A DNA stretch of 64,000 nucleotides from an uncultured Gemmatimonadales bacterium (GCA_963741945.1 CAVUKA010000001.1:1120001-1184000), one strand, 5' to 3'; positions 28,784-39,491 are shown, counted from the first letter of the stretch. Program-made: numbers and translations. Notes: generated by a model from the letters alone, not told the origin.

Positions 28784-29707
28784 ATGAAGATCGGGATCAT
28801 CGGCGCGGGCGGTGTCGGCGGGTACTACGGCGGCGTCCTCGCGCGGGCGGGGGAGGACGTACGACTCCTCGCGCGGGGCAGTCATCTCGACGCCATACGA
28901 CGGCACGGCATCACGGTCGAGGAGCCGGACGGCACCACCTTCACGGCCGCCATCGACGCCTCCGACCAGCCGTCGGAGCTCGCCGGCGTGGAGCTGGTCC
29001 TGGTCGCCGTGAAGTCCTACGCCCTCGATGACGTGGCCCCCACCGTCGCCGAGCTGGCCCGCGAGGGCGCCGCGGTCCTGCCCCTCCTCAACGGCGTGGA
29101 CATCGCCGAGCGCCTGGCGGAAGCCGGCGTTCCCGACGAAGCCATCCTCGGCGGCGTCACCTACATCAGCGCGACCCGCGTCGCCCCCGGTCGCATCCAG
29201 AGGCGGAGCGACTTCCGCACCATCCTCATCGGCGAGCGCCTGCAGTTCCGCGACCCGGTCCGCGGAACCAGTGAACGCGCCCACCTCGCCGCCGCCGCAT
29301 TCGATGGCACCGGCGTGGACGCCCGCGTCACCGAGCAGATCGAGACGGAGCTGTGGCGGAAATTCGTCTTCATCGCCGCCATCTCCGCCGTCTGCGGCCT
29401 CGCCCGCGCCCCCATCGGGCTCGTCCGCGAGGCACCCCTCGGCCCCGCCCTCATCGGCCGCGCCGTCCACGAGGTGGTGGCCGTGGCACGCGCACGCGGC
29501 ATCGCACTCGAACCCGGTGAAGGCGACGCCGTGGTCGCACGCATCTTCGGCCTCGCCCCCGAGCTTCGCCCCAGCTTCCTCCTCGACCTGGAAGCCGAGG
29601 GGCCCGATGAGCTCGACACCCTCAGCGGCGCCGTGGCCCGGCTGGCCGCGCAATCGAGCGTGGAAACGCCCGTGCACGACACAGCCGTGGCCGCGCTGGG
29701 AGTATAG
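28784..29707 (+). CDS. panE: 2-dehydropantoate 2-reductase
   Basis: IIGAGGVGGYYG, AVKSY, LLNGV, LWRKF, PSFLLD...ELD. Confidence 0.88.
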   Translation: MKIGIIGAGGVGGYYGGVLARAGEDVRLLARGSHLDAIRRHGITVEEPDGTTFTAAIDASDQPSELAGVELVLVAVKSYALDDVAPTVAELAREGAAVLPLLNGVDIAERLAEAGVPDEAILGGVTYISATRVAPGRIQRRSDFRTILIGERLQFRDPVRGTSERAHLAAAAFDGTGVDARVTEQIETELWRKFVFIAAISAVCGLARAPIGLVREAPLGPALIGRAVHEVVAVARARGIALEPGEGDAVVARIFGLAPELRPSFLLDLEAEGPDELDTLSGAVARLAAQSSVETPVHDTAVAALGV

Positions 29708-29738
29708 ACTCCCGACCGGCGCTCACGTCGCGGTCAGC

Positions 29739-29945
29739 CTACTCCGTTGCCTTTCGCGCCGCCTCTCCCGCCTTCTTCTCCACCTTCCCGGCGGCTTCCT
29801 TCGCGGCGCCCTCGGCCTGCGTCGAGCGGTCCTTCGCGATCCGACCAGCCTCCTTCTCGACCTTGCCTTCCGTTTCCCGGACGGCGCCTTCCGTCTCGTG
29901 CTCCTCGCCCTTGCGCCTGATATCGCGTTCCTGTTCGCGGTCCAT
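29739..29945 (-). CDS. CsbD-like small stress protein
   Basis: GGAGG RBS; EGAVRETEGKVEKEAG...QAEG...GKVEKKAG. Confidence 0.7.
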   Translation of the reverse strand: MDREQERDIRRKGEEHETEGAVRETEGKVEKEAGRIAKDRSTQAEGAAKEAAGKVEKKAGEAARKATE

Positions 29946-30071
29946 GCGTTCACCTCCATTCGGGTAAGTGATTGCCCGAAACAAACGCATGTTTCAGGCC
30001 GCCACCATGGACCGGCCGCGAGGGAGGGGCGCCGCTGCGACGACACCGCCCACACCCGGCGCGCCGCGCCG

Positions 30072-30875
30072 TCAGCGGGGCCCGCCGGACATGAGGTCGG
30101 CGAGCGACGTCGCGTCCACATCCCCGGCCGACCGCTGCGCGGCGATGCGGCCGTGCCGCAGCACCAGGAAGGCGTTCCCGACCTGGAGCGCGTGTCGTGG
30201 GTTGTGGGTGACGAGCAGGACGGCCACGCCGGCGTCGCGCACACGATCAACGTGCTCGAGCACCAGCGTGGCCTGTCGCACACCGAGAGCGGCGGTAGGC
30301 TCGTCGAGGATGAGGGCGCGGGCGCCGGCGTGGACGGCGCGGGCGATGGCGACGGACTGGCGCTCGCCGCCGGACAGGGTGGCCACGGGTCGATCGACGT
30401 CGTCGATGCGGATGCCGAAAGAATGGAGGGCGTCCCGGGTGTCGCGCCGACAGGCGCCGGTATCCAGGCGGCGCAGCGGTCCACGCCCGACGGTCGGCTC
30501 GCGGCCGAGGAAGAAGTTGCGCCAGACGCTCATGAGGGGGATCACCGCGAGGTCCTGGTAGACCACGGCCACGCCATGGCGCTGCGCGTCGCGGGGCGAG
30601 CGGAGCGTCACGGTGCGGCCGTCCACCTCCACGCTCCCCGCGCTCGGCGGATGGACGCCGGCGAGGACCTTGATGAGCGTGCTCTTGCCCGCGCCGTTGT
30701 CGCCGAGGAGGCAGGTCACCCGGCCGGCGTGGAGCTCGAGGTCGACCTCATCGAGGGCCACGACGCGGCCGAAGCGACGGGTGACCCGGCGGGCGGCGAG
30801 GATCGGCGGGGCAGCGGGCGGTCGGTCAGGCACTCCCCCGCCCCGACCCGGCGTCGCTCGCGGGCGCGGGTTCAT
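30072..30875 (-). CDS. Sugar ABC transporter ATPase (CUT2)
   Basis: [33 protein letters not shown] overlap with permease. Confidence 0.92.
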   Translation of the reverse strand: MNPRPRATPGRGGGVPDRPPAAPPILAARRVTRRFGRVVALDEVDLELHAGRVTCLLGDNGAGKSTLIKVLAGVHPPSAGSVEVDGRTVTLRSPRDAQRHGVAVVYQDLAVIPLMSVWRNFFLGREPTVGRGPLRRLDTGACRRDTRDALHSFGIRIDDVDRPVATLSGGERQSVAIARAVHAGARALILDEPTAALGVRQATLVLEHVDRVRDAGVAVLLVTHNPRHALQVGNAFLVLRHGRIAAQRSAGDVDATSLADLMSGGPR

Positions 30876-31888
30876 TCTCCGCCTCCCCGTTCCGCCACGG
30901 CGCGTCGCGCGGCGCGATTGAACAGCACGGCTGCCAGCAGGAGCGCGCCGAGCACGACCTGGAACCAGTCCGCGCCCACGCCTGTCAGCACGATCCCCTG
31001 GCGCACCATGCCGAAGATGAGCGCGCCGAACACGGCGCCCACGGCGGAGCCGTACCCGCCGGTGAGGAGGGTGCCTCCGATCACGGCTGCGATGATGGCC
31101 CGGAACTCCTGGCCCTCGCCCCTCAGCGCGTCGGCACCGGTGAAGCGCACGGCCTGGATCACCGCCACCAGGCACGCCGCCAGGGCGGTGATGACGAAGA
31201 GCCCGACTTTCACCCGCGCCACGGGGACCCCGAGGTTCCGGGCCGCGTCGGCACCGCCGCCCGCGGCGAAGATCCAGTTTCCGGCGCGGGTGCGCAGGAG
31301 GACCCACGTGGCGAGCGCGGCGAGGGCGACCCACCAGAGGATGGCGACGCGGAACGGTCCGAAGTCGGCGGCGAAGAGAGCGCGCGCGGCCGGGTAGCCG
31401 GGCACGTCGTCGAGTCCGCCCAGCTGGGTGCGGCCCGTCGCCAGCCGGGTCACCGCGATGGCGAGGCCCCGCAGGATGAAGAGCGTGGCCAGGGTAACGA
31501 TGAAGGAGGGGAGGCGGGTGCGAACGACGAGCCACCCGTTCGCGAGCCCCACGAGGCCGGAGAACGCGGCGGTCGCGGCAATGGCCGGCCAGAGTGCCCA
31601 CCCGGCGCCGGCGGTCAGGAGCATCAGCAGCATGCTCGCGGCGCCGATGAGCGAGCCCACGGAGAGGTCGAACTCACCGGCGATCATGAGGAGCGCCACG
31701 GCCACGGCAAGGATCCCGAGCGGCGCGGCGGCGTTCAGGTACGCGGCCGTGCCGGCCACGCTGACGAACGGAGAGCCGGCGACGATGGCGAAGAATGCCC
31801 AGGTGACCAGCGCGCCAGCGGCCGCGCCGAGCTCCGGACGGCGGATCAGCTGCAGAAATCTACGCGGGCGTCCCGTGCGGTGTGCCAT
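30872..31888 (-). CDS. Sugar ABC transporter permease (RbsC-like)
   Basis: [31 protein letters not shown]. Confidence 0.92.
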   Translation of the reverse strand: MAHRTGRPRRFLQLIRRPELGAAAGALVTWAFFAIVAGSPFVSVAGTAAYLNAAAPLGILAVAVALLMIAGEFDLSVGSLIGAASMLLMLLTAGAGWALWPAIAATAAFSGLVGLANGWLVVRTRLPSFIVTLATLFILRGLAIAVTRLATGRTQLGGLDDVPGYPAARALFAADFGPFRVAILWWVALAALATWVLLRTRAGNWIFAAGGGADAARNLGVPVARVKVGLFVITALAACLVAVIQAVRFTGADALRGEGQEFRAIIAAVIGGTLLTGGYGSAVGAVFGALIFGMVRQGIVLTGVGADWFQVVLGALLLAAVLFNRAARRAVAERGGGE

Positions 31889-31895
31889 CGCCGCG

Positions 31896-32873
31896 CTACC
31901 GGATGCCCCGACGCGCGAGCGCCATCACGCGGGCGGCGTTGTCCCGGGTGACGAATCCGGGGCCCGTGCGCACCACGGCGCCGCCGCCGGGGAGGGTCAG
32001 CGTCTCCACGTACTTGGTCAGCAGCACGATAGGGAGGTAGCCCTGCAGGTACTGCTGCTGGTCGATGGCGAACGCGATGCGCCCGTCCTCGATCCCGCGC
32101 AACACGTCCGGGGTGAGGTCGAACGTCGCATACGCGATCCGGCCTCCGCGGCCGCTGGCCGCCAGCGCCGCCAGGGCGGGTCCCGCGGCCGCCGGCCCGA
32201 GCGTGAGCACGCCGTCGATGGCCGTGTCCGCCGCCAGCACGCCGGCAATGCGCTGCTGCGTGTCCTCGGGGTCCGCCAGCTGAACGGCGACCACGCGCGT
32301 CTCGCCGCCCGCCGCCGCCAGTGCGTCCCTGAGCCCCGCGCACCGCTGGTCCTGCGCCAGGTTGCCCACCTCGTGGTTGACGCACACGACGTGGCGCACC
32401 CCGGCCCGGGCAAGCCGCTCGCCGCCGGCGTGTCCTGCCCCGTACTCGGTCTGGCCCACGTGCGCGAGGACGCCCAGCGTGCGGTACGCGTCGGCGCCCG
32501 AGTTGATGGAGATCACGGGGATCCCTGCGTCCACGGCGCGCCGGATGGAGCCGCGCAGGGCGTCGGGATCGGGGATGGACACCACCAGCCCATCCGGGCG
32601 CGAAGCCACCGCGGCGTCGATGAGGTTCGACATCTCCACCATGTCGAACGACGTCGGCGCCTGGTACTCCGCCCGCACGCCCATGTCCGCCGCCGCGTCC
32701 CGGACGCCGTTCGAGACCACGGACCAGAACGGGTCCGCCGACTGGCCGTGGGTCACCACCACGAACCGGAGTCCGGCGCGGCCGTCGGAACTGTCGCCCG
32801 GTGCCGGCGCACCTCCGCCGCAGCCGGCGAGAGCGAGAAGCAGGAGCGCGGGCAGAATGGATCTGTAGCTCAT
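31896..32873 (-). CDS. Sugar ABC substrate-binding lipoprotein (RbsB-like)
   Basis: LAGC lipobox; [29 protein letters not shown]. Confidence 0.92.
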   Translation of the reverse strand: MSYRSILPALLLLALAGCGGGAPAPGDSSDGRAGLRFVVVTHGQSADPFWSVVSNGVRDAAADMGVRAEYQAPTSFDMVEMSNLIDAAVASRPDGLVVSIPDPDALRGSIRRAVDAGIPVISINSGADAYRTLGVLAHVGQTEYGAGHAGGERLARAGVRHVVCVNHEVGNLAQDQRCAGLRDALAAAGGETRVVAVQLADPEDTQQRIAGVLAADTAIDGVLTLGPAAAGPALAALAASGRGGRIAYATFDLTPDVLRGIEDGRIAFAIDQQQYLQGYLPIVLLTKYVETLTLPGGGAVVRTGPGFVTRDNAARVMALARRGIR

Positions 32874-34648
32874 GGATTGCCGTTCCGGGCGGGTCGAGTG
32901 GCCAGCAGGCCGAGCACCACGCCGTTCGTCCAGCCGAACCCGTCCTGTGTCGGGTACTCCCCGCCACCGGCGGGGCGTTTCAGGTCCACCACGTCGTACT
33001 TCTCCATCATCCGGCCCGTGGCGCGGTACGTGTCCCGCAGCAGCCGGAGCCAGCGCGTGGCCGCCGAATCGGCCAGGGCGCGGGGCGCAGCGGGGTCCGG
33101 CCGAGCCCCGCCGGTCCCCATGACGGCTTCATCGGAATAGCGGGTCACCCCCCGGATGGCCATCCATTCCAGGGGCGGCCAGCCGTTCGGCGCGTCCCAC
33201 TGCTGTCCCGATACCACCCGCGTGGTCACGAAACCGCCCGGCCGGAGGAAGTCGCGGGCGAGAACGCGGGCGACGGCCCGTCCCTGCGCGGGCGTCGCGA
33301 GGCCGAAGAAGAGGGGCACGGCGGCGGCGAGGGTGGGACGGTCGGTCACGCGCTCACCGGTGGGCCAGCGCACATCGTAGAAGAACTGCCGGTCGGGGTC
33401 CCAGGCCAGCGCCAGGAGGTCCCGGCGGCGCGCGGCGGCGGTGTCGTCGAAGCGACGGGCGGCGTCGGCGTCGCCCGGCTGACGCCGGAACCGGAGCAGG
33501 GCGGCGATCGTCCGCTCCTGCTGATAGAGCAGGCTGTTCAGGTCCACCGGCACCAGGTCCGCAGTTTCGAGCGTCCGCAGGTCGGCGGGGTCGCGCATCC
33601 AGCGGCTGGAGAAGTCCCACCCGCTCTCGGCCGTAGCGCGGACGTTGCGGTAGAACGCCGGCCGCGCGGCGGGCGGGAGGGTCTGCCCGATCCGGTAGTC
33701 TTCCCGATACGACTCCGGTCGCGGGTCGTCGCGGTCATCCCAGTAGCGGTTGAGGACAGCGCCATCGGGCAAGCGTACAACGCGCCGATGCGCTTCTCCG
33801 GGCGCGAGCCGGTCGGCGCCATCCATCCAGAACGCGTGCTCGGTGATCAGGGCGTCCAGGTAGCGGAGGGCGCGGGCGGTGTCGGCGGCCTCGGCGAACA
33901 GCCCCACCATTGCGGCCAGGAACGGGGGCTGGCTGCGGCTCAGGTAGTACGTGCGGTTGCCATTCGGCACGTGGCCGTACGTGCGCACCAGCCAGGCGAA
34001 GTTGTCCAGCATGCTCTCGACCCGGTCCACGCGTCCGCTCTCCACCAGACCGATCATCGTGAAATACGAGTCCCAGTAGTAGACTTCGCGGAAGCGGCCG
34101 CCCGGCACCACGTACGGCTCCGGCAGCGGGATCAGCGAGGAGCGGGCATCCGGGGAGTCGGCAGGGCGCGTCAGCACCGGCCAGAGGGCGCGGATGTGCT
34201 CGGCCATGCTCCGCGTAGTATCCGTCCTGAACCCGCCGCCCGCGAACGCCGGGAGCTCGAACTCGGCGCGGACGAAGGCGGCCAGGTCGAACCCCGGCTC
34301 GTCCCGGCGGGCGACGTAGCGCGCCGCCACCAGCTCGGGCGCTTCCCGCGGCCGGGCATCCACGAACGTCTTGGAATCCTCGAAGATCCCGGCCAGCTGG
34401 ACGGCCCCGAAGAGCGGACCGAGGTCACGGGACGGGCGGTAGAGCGACGGCGCGGCCCGGACGGCGGCGCCCCGGCCCTCCGCCTGGACGGGGCGCGCCC
34501 CGGGCGACGGTCTCGTGCCGGTGACCGGCCCGCACGCGAGCGCGGGCAGCGACAGAAGCAGGGTGGCGAGAAGGAGCGCGCGGACGGGGTGCCCGACCGG
34601 CGAGCGGGGGAGTGGCGGGCGGGTGCCCGGCGGCGCGGCGACCGTCAC
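32870..34648 (-). CDS. treA: Exported alpha,alpha-trehalase (GH37)
   Basis: [64 protein letters not shown] lipobox-like; GTG 34648 chosen from GTGA overlap. Confidence 0.93.
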   Translation of the reverse strand: MTVAAPPGTRPPLPRSPVGHPVRALLLATLLLSLPALACGPVTGTRPSPGARPVQAEGRGAAVRAAPSLYRPSRDLGPLFGAVQLAGIFEDSKTFVDARPREAPELVAARYVARRDEPGFDLAAFVRAEFELPAFAGGGFRTDTTRSMAEHIRALWPVLTRPADSPDARSSLIPLPEPYVVPGGRFREVYYWDSYFTMIGLVESGRVDRVESMLDNFAWLVRTYGHVPNGNRTYYLSRSQPPFLAAMVGLFAEAADTARALRYLDALITEHAFWMDGADRLAPGEAHRRVVRLPDGAVLNRYWDDRDDPRPESYREDYRIGQTLPPAARPAFYRNVRATAESGWDFSSRWMRDPADLRTLETADLVPVDLNSLLYQQERTIAALLRFRRQPGDADAARRFDDTAAARRRDLLALAWDPDRQFFYDVRWPTGERVTDRPTLAAAVPLFFGLATPAQGRAVARVLARDFLRPGGFVTTRVVSGQQWDAPNGWPPLEWMAIRGVTRYSDEAVMGTGGARPDPAAPRALADSAATRWLRLLRDTYRATGRMMEKYDVVDLKRPAGGGEYPTQDGFGWTNGVVLGLLATRPARNGNP

Positions 34649-35189
34649 GAGAGCGCGGCCAGTGCTGCGTCCACCTCGGGACGGAGTGCGCGCGGGATCC
34701 GAGCGGCGGGCGCTCCCGGCACAGCTCCACGTGACCCATGTCATCGAAGTGCTGGTCCAGGAAGTCCAGATCCGAGTCCCAGTCCACGCCCAGGCGCAGC
34801 TCCACGCCCTCCTCGCGGGCGATGGCGTACAGGATTCCCTGCATGAAGTAGAAGCGCCGCGCCTTCTTCTCCGCCGCCTCCGCCGTGTCGCCCGCTCGCG
34901 GCCATGGGTCGCCGCCCGGCAGGTAGGGCGTCAGGTCCGCGGCATCGCTCAGACCGTGGGCGTCGTAGTCCCCGTGCCCGTCCCGCGGGATGTGGCGACT
35001 GTCGATGGTCCGGGTGACGCCGCGGCGCAGGTAGGCGATCTGCGTCTCGAGAGAGCGCCGCCCCTCCGTGACCGTGAAGTCGTAGATCCGGATGGCGCGC
35101 TCCAGGACCCGGCGAAGGTCGGGGTGCAGCGTCTCGAGCTGGCCGGCGGAAGCGCGGCCGAAACGGAACGGGCCGGGTCGGGCGAACAA
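34645..35189 (-). CDS. M15 peptidase (L-Ala-D-Glu endopeptidase, T5-endolysin/ChiX-like), apparent frameshift near 34700
   Basis: LHPDL, TEGRRSLETQ, SRH...DAADL, GVDWD...DDMGHVEL; start TTG 35189 (GAGGG RBS) or 35231; as written runs to 34425. Confidence 0.8.
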
Positions 35190-35217
35190 GGCGATGCCCT
35201 CGTCGTTGGGGTTGCGG

Positions 35218-35976
35218 CTACGGAACGGCAATCTGAGGCGCCAGCGCGGCGAGGTCCATCGCGTACGCGGCGTCCACGCCCTGGAAGCGGCGAGTGCCGG
35301 ACGCGGGGTGCCGCCCCTTCCCGAACGCCTGGTGCTGGAGATAGAAATCGTGGATGGTGGCTACGTGGTCGTCTCCGTTCGCCCGCAACAGGCGAGTCAG
35401 GAGGTCCAGGAAGGCGTCCACGGCGTCCATGACGGACGCCACCAGGGCGCCATCGAAGCGGGGCGACGACGCGGCCCGGTCCAGCGCCCCGGCCAGCCCC
35501 GTTTCCCGCCTCGCCGCGTCCACCGCGGCGCCCAGCGCTCGCAGGTCGCCATCCGACTCCATGACCACCACGTGGAAATCCACGAACCAGCGCGGCTCCG
35601 TCATGCAGGCCACCACCATGCCGCCGTCGCCCAGCGGCAGCCGGTCGCCCGCGTGGATCCCCGGAAAGCTGCGCGTCCGGTACTCCACCATCCGGCCACT
35701 CCCATCCAGCGCCGCAGTCAGCACGTACAGCTCGGCGGCCGCCCCGAACAGCCGGCCCAGGAGACCCTCCGTCTGCCGCAGCAGGATGAGCTCGCTGAGG
35801 CTGATTGTCAGCCCCACCGGACCCGCCCGCTCCATGTCATCGGCGGCCGCGTCCACCGCGCGGACCAGGGCCGCGTTGGCCGGATCGGCGCGGAAGTCCG
35901 GGGATGAGAGGGCGCGCAGCACGGTGCCCGGGTCCGTCGTCGCCAGGCGCTCGGCGTTCGGTATGGAAAGGCTCAT
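35218..35976 (-). CDS. Hypothetical protein (252 aa)
   Basis: ATGA overlap with patatin stop; typical codon usage; no recognised family. Confidence 0.75.
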   Translation of the reverse strand: MSLSIPNAERLATTDPGTVLRALSSPDFRADPANAALVRAVDAAADDMERAGPVGLTISLSELILLRQTEGLLGRLFGAAAELYVLTAALDGSGRMVEYRTRSFPGIHAGDRLPLGDGGMVVACMTEPRWFVDFHVVVMESDGDLRALGAAVDAARRETGLAGALDRAASSPRFDGALVASVMDAVDAFLDLLTRLLRANGDDHVATIHDFYLQHQAFGKGRHPASGTRRFQGVDAAYAMDLAALAPQIAVP

Positions 35977-37628
35977 GATCGCAGTCCCAGGTAACGGTCC
36001 AGGAAGAGCCCGGCCTGACGCCGGGCGAGCCAGCGCACCAGAGGGCCCGAGACCCGGTTCAGCCACCGGGGGCCCACGTGCACCTCCGCGGCGACGGCAT
36101 CGATTTTCGCCACCACGGCGTCGCGCAGCCGCTCGCGCCCGGCGCGCGGTGCGTTCGCCAGGGTGACACTCCCCAGGTCCAGCGTCGGCTCGTACGCCAC
36201 CCCCGGCTCCGGCACGGGCATCCGCGAGGGATCCATCCCGAGCACGGCCGGCAGCTCCCGGCGCGCCGCCCGGCGACCCACGGTGTAATCATGCTCGCGC
36301 CACTCGCGGGAGAGAAAGCCCGCGAACGCGCTCAGCTGGTCGCCCGCCGTCTCCTCGGGCGTGCTGAAGATGACATGGAGGTCGAGCTCGTGCTTGCTGT
36401 CCAGGCCGGCCACGCTGTTCAGGAGGAAGACCAGCGTGGCGAAGACGTCGCCTCGCAGCTCGCTCATGCCTTCCATCTCCCCGGCCCAGGTGCGCCGCGT
36501 CCGCTCGATGGCGAGCGCCACGTAATCGGCCGGGTAGCGATCTGCCCCCAGGCGCTCTCGCTTGCGCGCCACGATCCCCTCCGCGCTGCAGCGGAGCTCG
36601 GCCAGCAGCCGCGCCGGTTCTTCCACCTCGAGCGCGCGCACCATCCCCGCCATCTGGTGCACCAGCCCGTCACGCCAGCTCACCTCGTTGTTCTTCCGCA
36701 GCGCTTCCAGCCAGTCGTTCGCCGCGGCCTCCCCGCGTACGGCCGTGGCCACGCGCAGCCCGATCCGCCAGAGCGGTGATGCGCCGTCGAACGCGGGATC
36801 GTGCGCCGAGCGGTTCAGATTGGCGTCCACCAGGAGGAAGACGCGATCGGCCGCGAGCCCTCCGTCCGCGGCCGTATCCGCAGCCCGTGACAGCCGGACC
36901 GCCTCCCCCAGTGGCTCGTTGTTGAACAGCCCGCCATCCACGTACCAGAACGCGTCCGGCCACGGCTCCAGCGCGTTGTCCGGGAACGCCGCCGCAAGCG
37001 ACGGCAGCCGGTGCGGCGCGAACGCGAGCGGGAAGTCCCCCGAGGCGATCGCGGCTTCACGCACGCCGCCCCAGAACGCCGGGTCGCCCGCCGTCCCGGC
37101 ATCCACGATGAAGTCCCGCTGCTCGGCGAAAAAGGTGCCGGTGAACGCGTCGCCTGCCGCGGTGCCGTCGCCCGGGTGCCCGCCGTCGCGGCGAGGCAGG
37201 CGGTAGTCCACGCCGGTGAGATTGGTCACGGTGAACGTCATCCGCAGCCGCTCCGGCGCCATCGACGACGGGACGGGCGCCACCCCCGGCTCCAGCGCCA
37301 GGAACTCCCGCGCGATCCGCTGAATCGGGTCACTGGACAGCAGCGCGTTGGCCGGTGCCCGGTCCAGCAGCGCGGCAATGTCGATCTCATCCACCCACGC
37401 ATCGCGCAGCCGCCGTCGTCGACCGAAATCCACCATCACGGCCTCCGCCACCAGCGCGGCGGTCATGGCTCCCGCGGATGCGCCCGTGATCACGTCGATC
37501 CGGTAGCGCTGGGTCGGGGCTCGATTGCGGTTGAGCACGTCGAGAACGTAGAGCAGCTCGTCGAGGACCCCCGCCTCGAAGCTGCCCAGCGAAACGGCCC
37601 CCGACAGGACGAGGGAGATGGCCGGCAT
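35973..37628 (-). CDS. Patatin-like phospholipase with long helical C-terminus
   Basis: LSGAVSLGSFEAG, GASAG nucleophile, AIASGDFP, VDGG. Confidence 0.88.
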   Translation of the reverse strand: MPAISLVLSGAVSLGSFEAGVLDELLYVLDVLNRNRAPTQRYRIDVITGASAGAMTAALVAEAVMVDFGRRRRLRDAWVDEIDIAALLDRAPANALLSSDPIQRIAREFLALEPGVAPVPSSMAPERLRMTFTVTNLTGVDYRLPRRDGGHPGDGTAAGDAFTGTFFAEQRDFIVDAGTAGDPAFWGGVREAAIASGDFPLAFAPHRLPSLAAAFPDNALEPWPDAFWYVDGGLFNNEPLGEAVRLSRAADTAADGGLAADRVFLLVDANLNRSAHDPAFDGASPLWRIGLRVATAVRGEAAANDWLEALRKNNEVSWRDGLVHQMAGMVRALEVEEPARLLAELRCSAEGIVARKRERLGADRYPADYVALAIERTRRTWAGEMEGMSELRGDVFATLVFLLNSVAGLDSKHELDLHVIFSTPEETAGDQLSAFAGFLSREWREHDYTVGRRAARRELPAVLGMDPSRMPVPEPGVAYEPTLDLGSVTLANAPRAGRERLRDAVVAKIDAVAAEVHVGPRWLNRVSGPLVRWLARRQAGLFLDRYLGLRS

Positions 37629-37685
37629 GGCCGCGCCTCCGCTGAGAGCGTGGGAACGGTGCTGCGCTCTGCGACCCCTGTGTTG

Positions 37686-38543
37686 CTATGGACGCCCCGA
37701 CGGGACGGCACCCCTGCGGCCGAGCACCGAGTCGGGATCGATCCCGGTCTCCGCTCGCACCGCCGCCAGGAACAGCCGCACCACGTTCAGAGGGATGATC
37801 ACGCCGTACGACGACGCGGCATCCCGGTACTCGCGGTGACCCCGGTCCACACCCACCACCCGGCCGTCCCGCCGGAACGCCGGCCCGCCGCTCACCCCGG
37901 GAAAGAGGAACAGGTCCGCCTCCAGCGCGTTCGTCCCGGGATCCCCCGGCACGCGCGTACGATACCCACTGCTGTAGCCCGCCGTGAAGCGTCGGAAGAC
38001 CGTGAACTGCGACACCACGTCCGTGTCGCTCGCTTCCACCACACCGCCCTCTGGCAGACCGTAGCCGATCGTGGCCAGCGGCGTGCCCATCGACGCCTCC
38101 TCATCCGTCCAGCGCACGATCGGCAGGCTGTCCGCCCCGATCCGGAGCACCGCCAGGTCCTTCCCGGCGTCCAGCCCCACCACCACCGCATCGTAGAACA
38201 CCGCACTCGTGTCCCGCTGCACCAGAACCTGGAGGTTCGGCACCACCTCCCCCTCGGGCGCCACTACGTGCGCGTTCGTCAGCAACAGCCCGTCCGTCGT
38301 GATCCCGAACGCGCTCCCCACCGGCGCGAACGCCGTGCGGCCAAGCGCGCTCACCACCCGGCTCCCCCACACCGACTGCACCGTCGGCCGCACCGCCGAC
38401 GCCGCCCCCACCCACTCCTCCGGCTCCCGCGCACCACCCTCCGGCCCGCATCCCGATACGAGCAGCATCACGCCCACCACCACGATGGACCGGGCCCGGC
38501 ACGCGACAGGTCGGTGTCCGCTGCGACTCGCCATGACGCCCAT
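37686..38543 (-). CDS. Trypsin-like (S1) serine protease lipoprotein
   Basis: LVSGC lipobox; TNAHVV, DLAVL, GVSGGP; start 38543 or 38534. Confidence 0.82.
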   Translation of the reverse strand: MGVMASRSGHRPVACRARSIVVVGVMLLVSGCGPEGGAREPEEWVGAASAVRPTVQSVWGSRVVSALGRTAFAPVGSAFGITTDGLLLTNAHVVAPEGEVVPNLQVLVQRDTSAVFYDAVVVGLDAGKDLAVLRIGADSLPIVRWTDEEASMGTPLATIGYGLPEGGVVEASDTDVVSQFTVFRRFTAGYSSGYRTRVPGDPGTNALEADLFLFPGVSGGPAFRRDGRVVGVDRGHREYRDAASSYGVIIPLNVVRLFLAAVRAETGIDPDSVLGRRGAVPSGRP

Positions 38544-38595
38544 GATACCCGTTCGGGCTCCCGCGATAAAGAGCGCCGCTCCACCCCACACAACG

Positions 38596-38630
38596 AAAAG
38601 CGGGCCACGACTCGCGTCGCGACCCGCTCT
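38596..38630 (-). terminator. Intrinsic-terminator-like hairpin upstream of protease gene
   Basis: Minus strand AGCGGGTCGCGACGCGAGTCGTGGCCCGCTTTT. Confidence 0.55.
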
Positions 38631-38821
38631 CCCTGCCAAGTGGGTTCGATTCCGTCGATTCCGGGCCGGGGCCGGCTGATCCCCCCAGACGCAGCCGGTG
38701 GGCCCAACCCGTAATCGCATCAAACCAGAAGCCATCAAACGGCGCCCCGGGAGCACCACAAACCCACCCATCTTCCGCACCCTCTGGCCTCACCGGGGCC
38801 CGACCCACAGTTTCCCTGATT

Positions 38822-38873
38822 GTTGACCGCGAGGTCAACGCCCGATGCTAACGTTTACTGACCCTTCGGTCAA
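38822..38873. promoter_or_regulatory. Two palindromic operators TGACC-N4-GGTCA (probable TetR sites)
   Basis: GTTGACCgcgaGGTCAAC 38822-38839; TGACCcttcGGTCAA 38859-38873, just upstream of tetR ATG. Confidence 0.75.
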
Positions 38874-38882
38874 GAGGACGCC

Positions 38883-39491
38883 ATGCCAGGGAAACGGCTG
38901 CCCGAGGAAGAGCGGCGAGAGGCGATCATCGAAGCCGCGTTCCGGGTCGCGACGCGGGAGCGGCTCGGGGGGCTGAGCGCGCGGGCGGTGGCGGAGGCGG
39001 CGGGGGTGAGCAAGGGGCTGGTGTTCTTCCATTTCAACGACCGTGAGCGGCTGCTGCTGGCGCTTCTGGAATGGCTGCTGAAGGAGGATCCGCGGGTGCG
39101 TGTGCCGCCGGAGCTGGAGGGGGCGGAGTGGGAGGATCGACCGGCGAAGCGTCTGCTGGCGCTGCTGGAGCACCAGCTGTCGGTGCTTCCGACGCGGCGG
39201 GACCGGTCGGGGCTGTTCCTGGACTACTGGGTTCTGGGGACGGCGGTTCCGGACATTCAGCGCCGGATCCGGTCGGCGTTCAAGCGGTACCGGAGCGAGT
39301 TCCTGCCGTGGACCGCGCCGGTGGTGGCGGCGGCGCCGGAGCGGTTCGAGGGAGTGGGCGGAGAGGGGCTGGCGGGGGTGGTGGTGAGTTTCATCCAGGG
39401 CTGCTCCATGCAGCTCATCGCGGACCCTACGCGGTTCGACCTGGATCAGTACCGTGCGGCGGTCCGGGGGCTGGTGGTACGGGAGCCGTAG
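38883..39491 (+). CDS. TetR family regulator
   Basis: RREAIIEAA...SARAVAEAAGVSKGLVFFHF HTH. Confidence 0.92.
   Translation: MPGKRLPEEERREAIIEAAFRVATRERLGGLSARAVAEAAGVSKGLVFFHFNDRERLLLALLEWLLKEDPRVRVPPELEGAEWEDRPAKRLLALLEHQLSVLPTRRDRSGLFLDYWVLGTAVPDIQRRIRSAFKRYRSEFLPWTAPVVAAAPERFEGVGGEGLAGVVVSFIQGCSMQLIADPTRFDLDQYRAAVRGLVVREP

Noticed and set aside
34645-35231. Prophage remnant
   Set aside because: No holin, integrase or structural genes; host-like codons; coupled to host-type genes
38636-38660. tRNA T-arm-like GGGTTCGATTCC
   Set aside because: T-stem does not pair fully and no cloverleaf or CCA end
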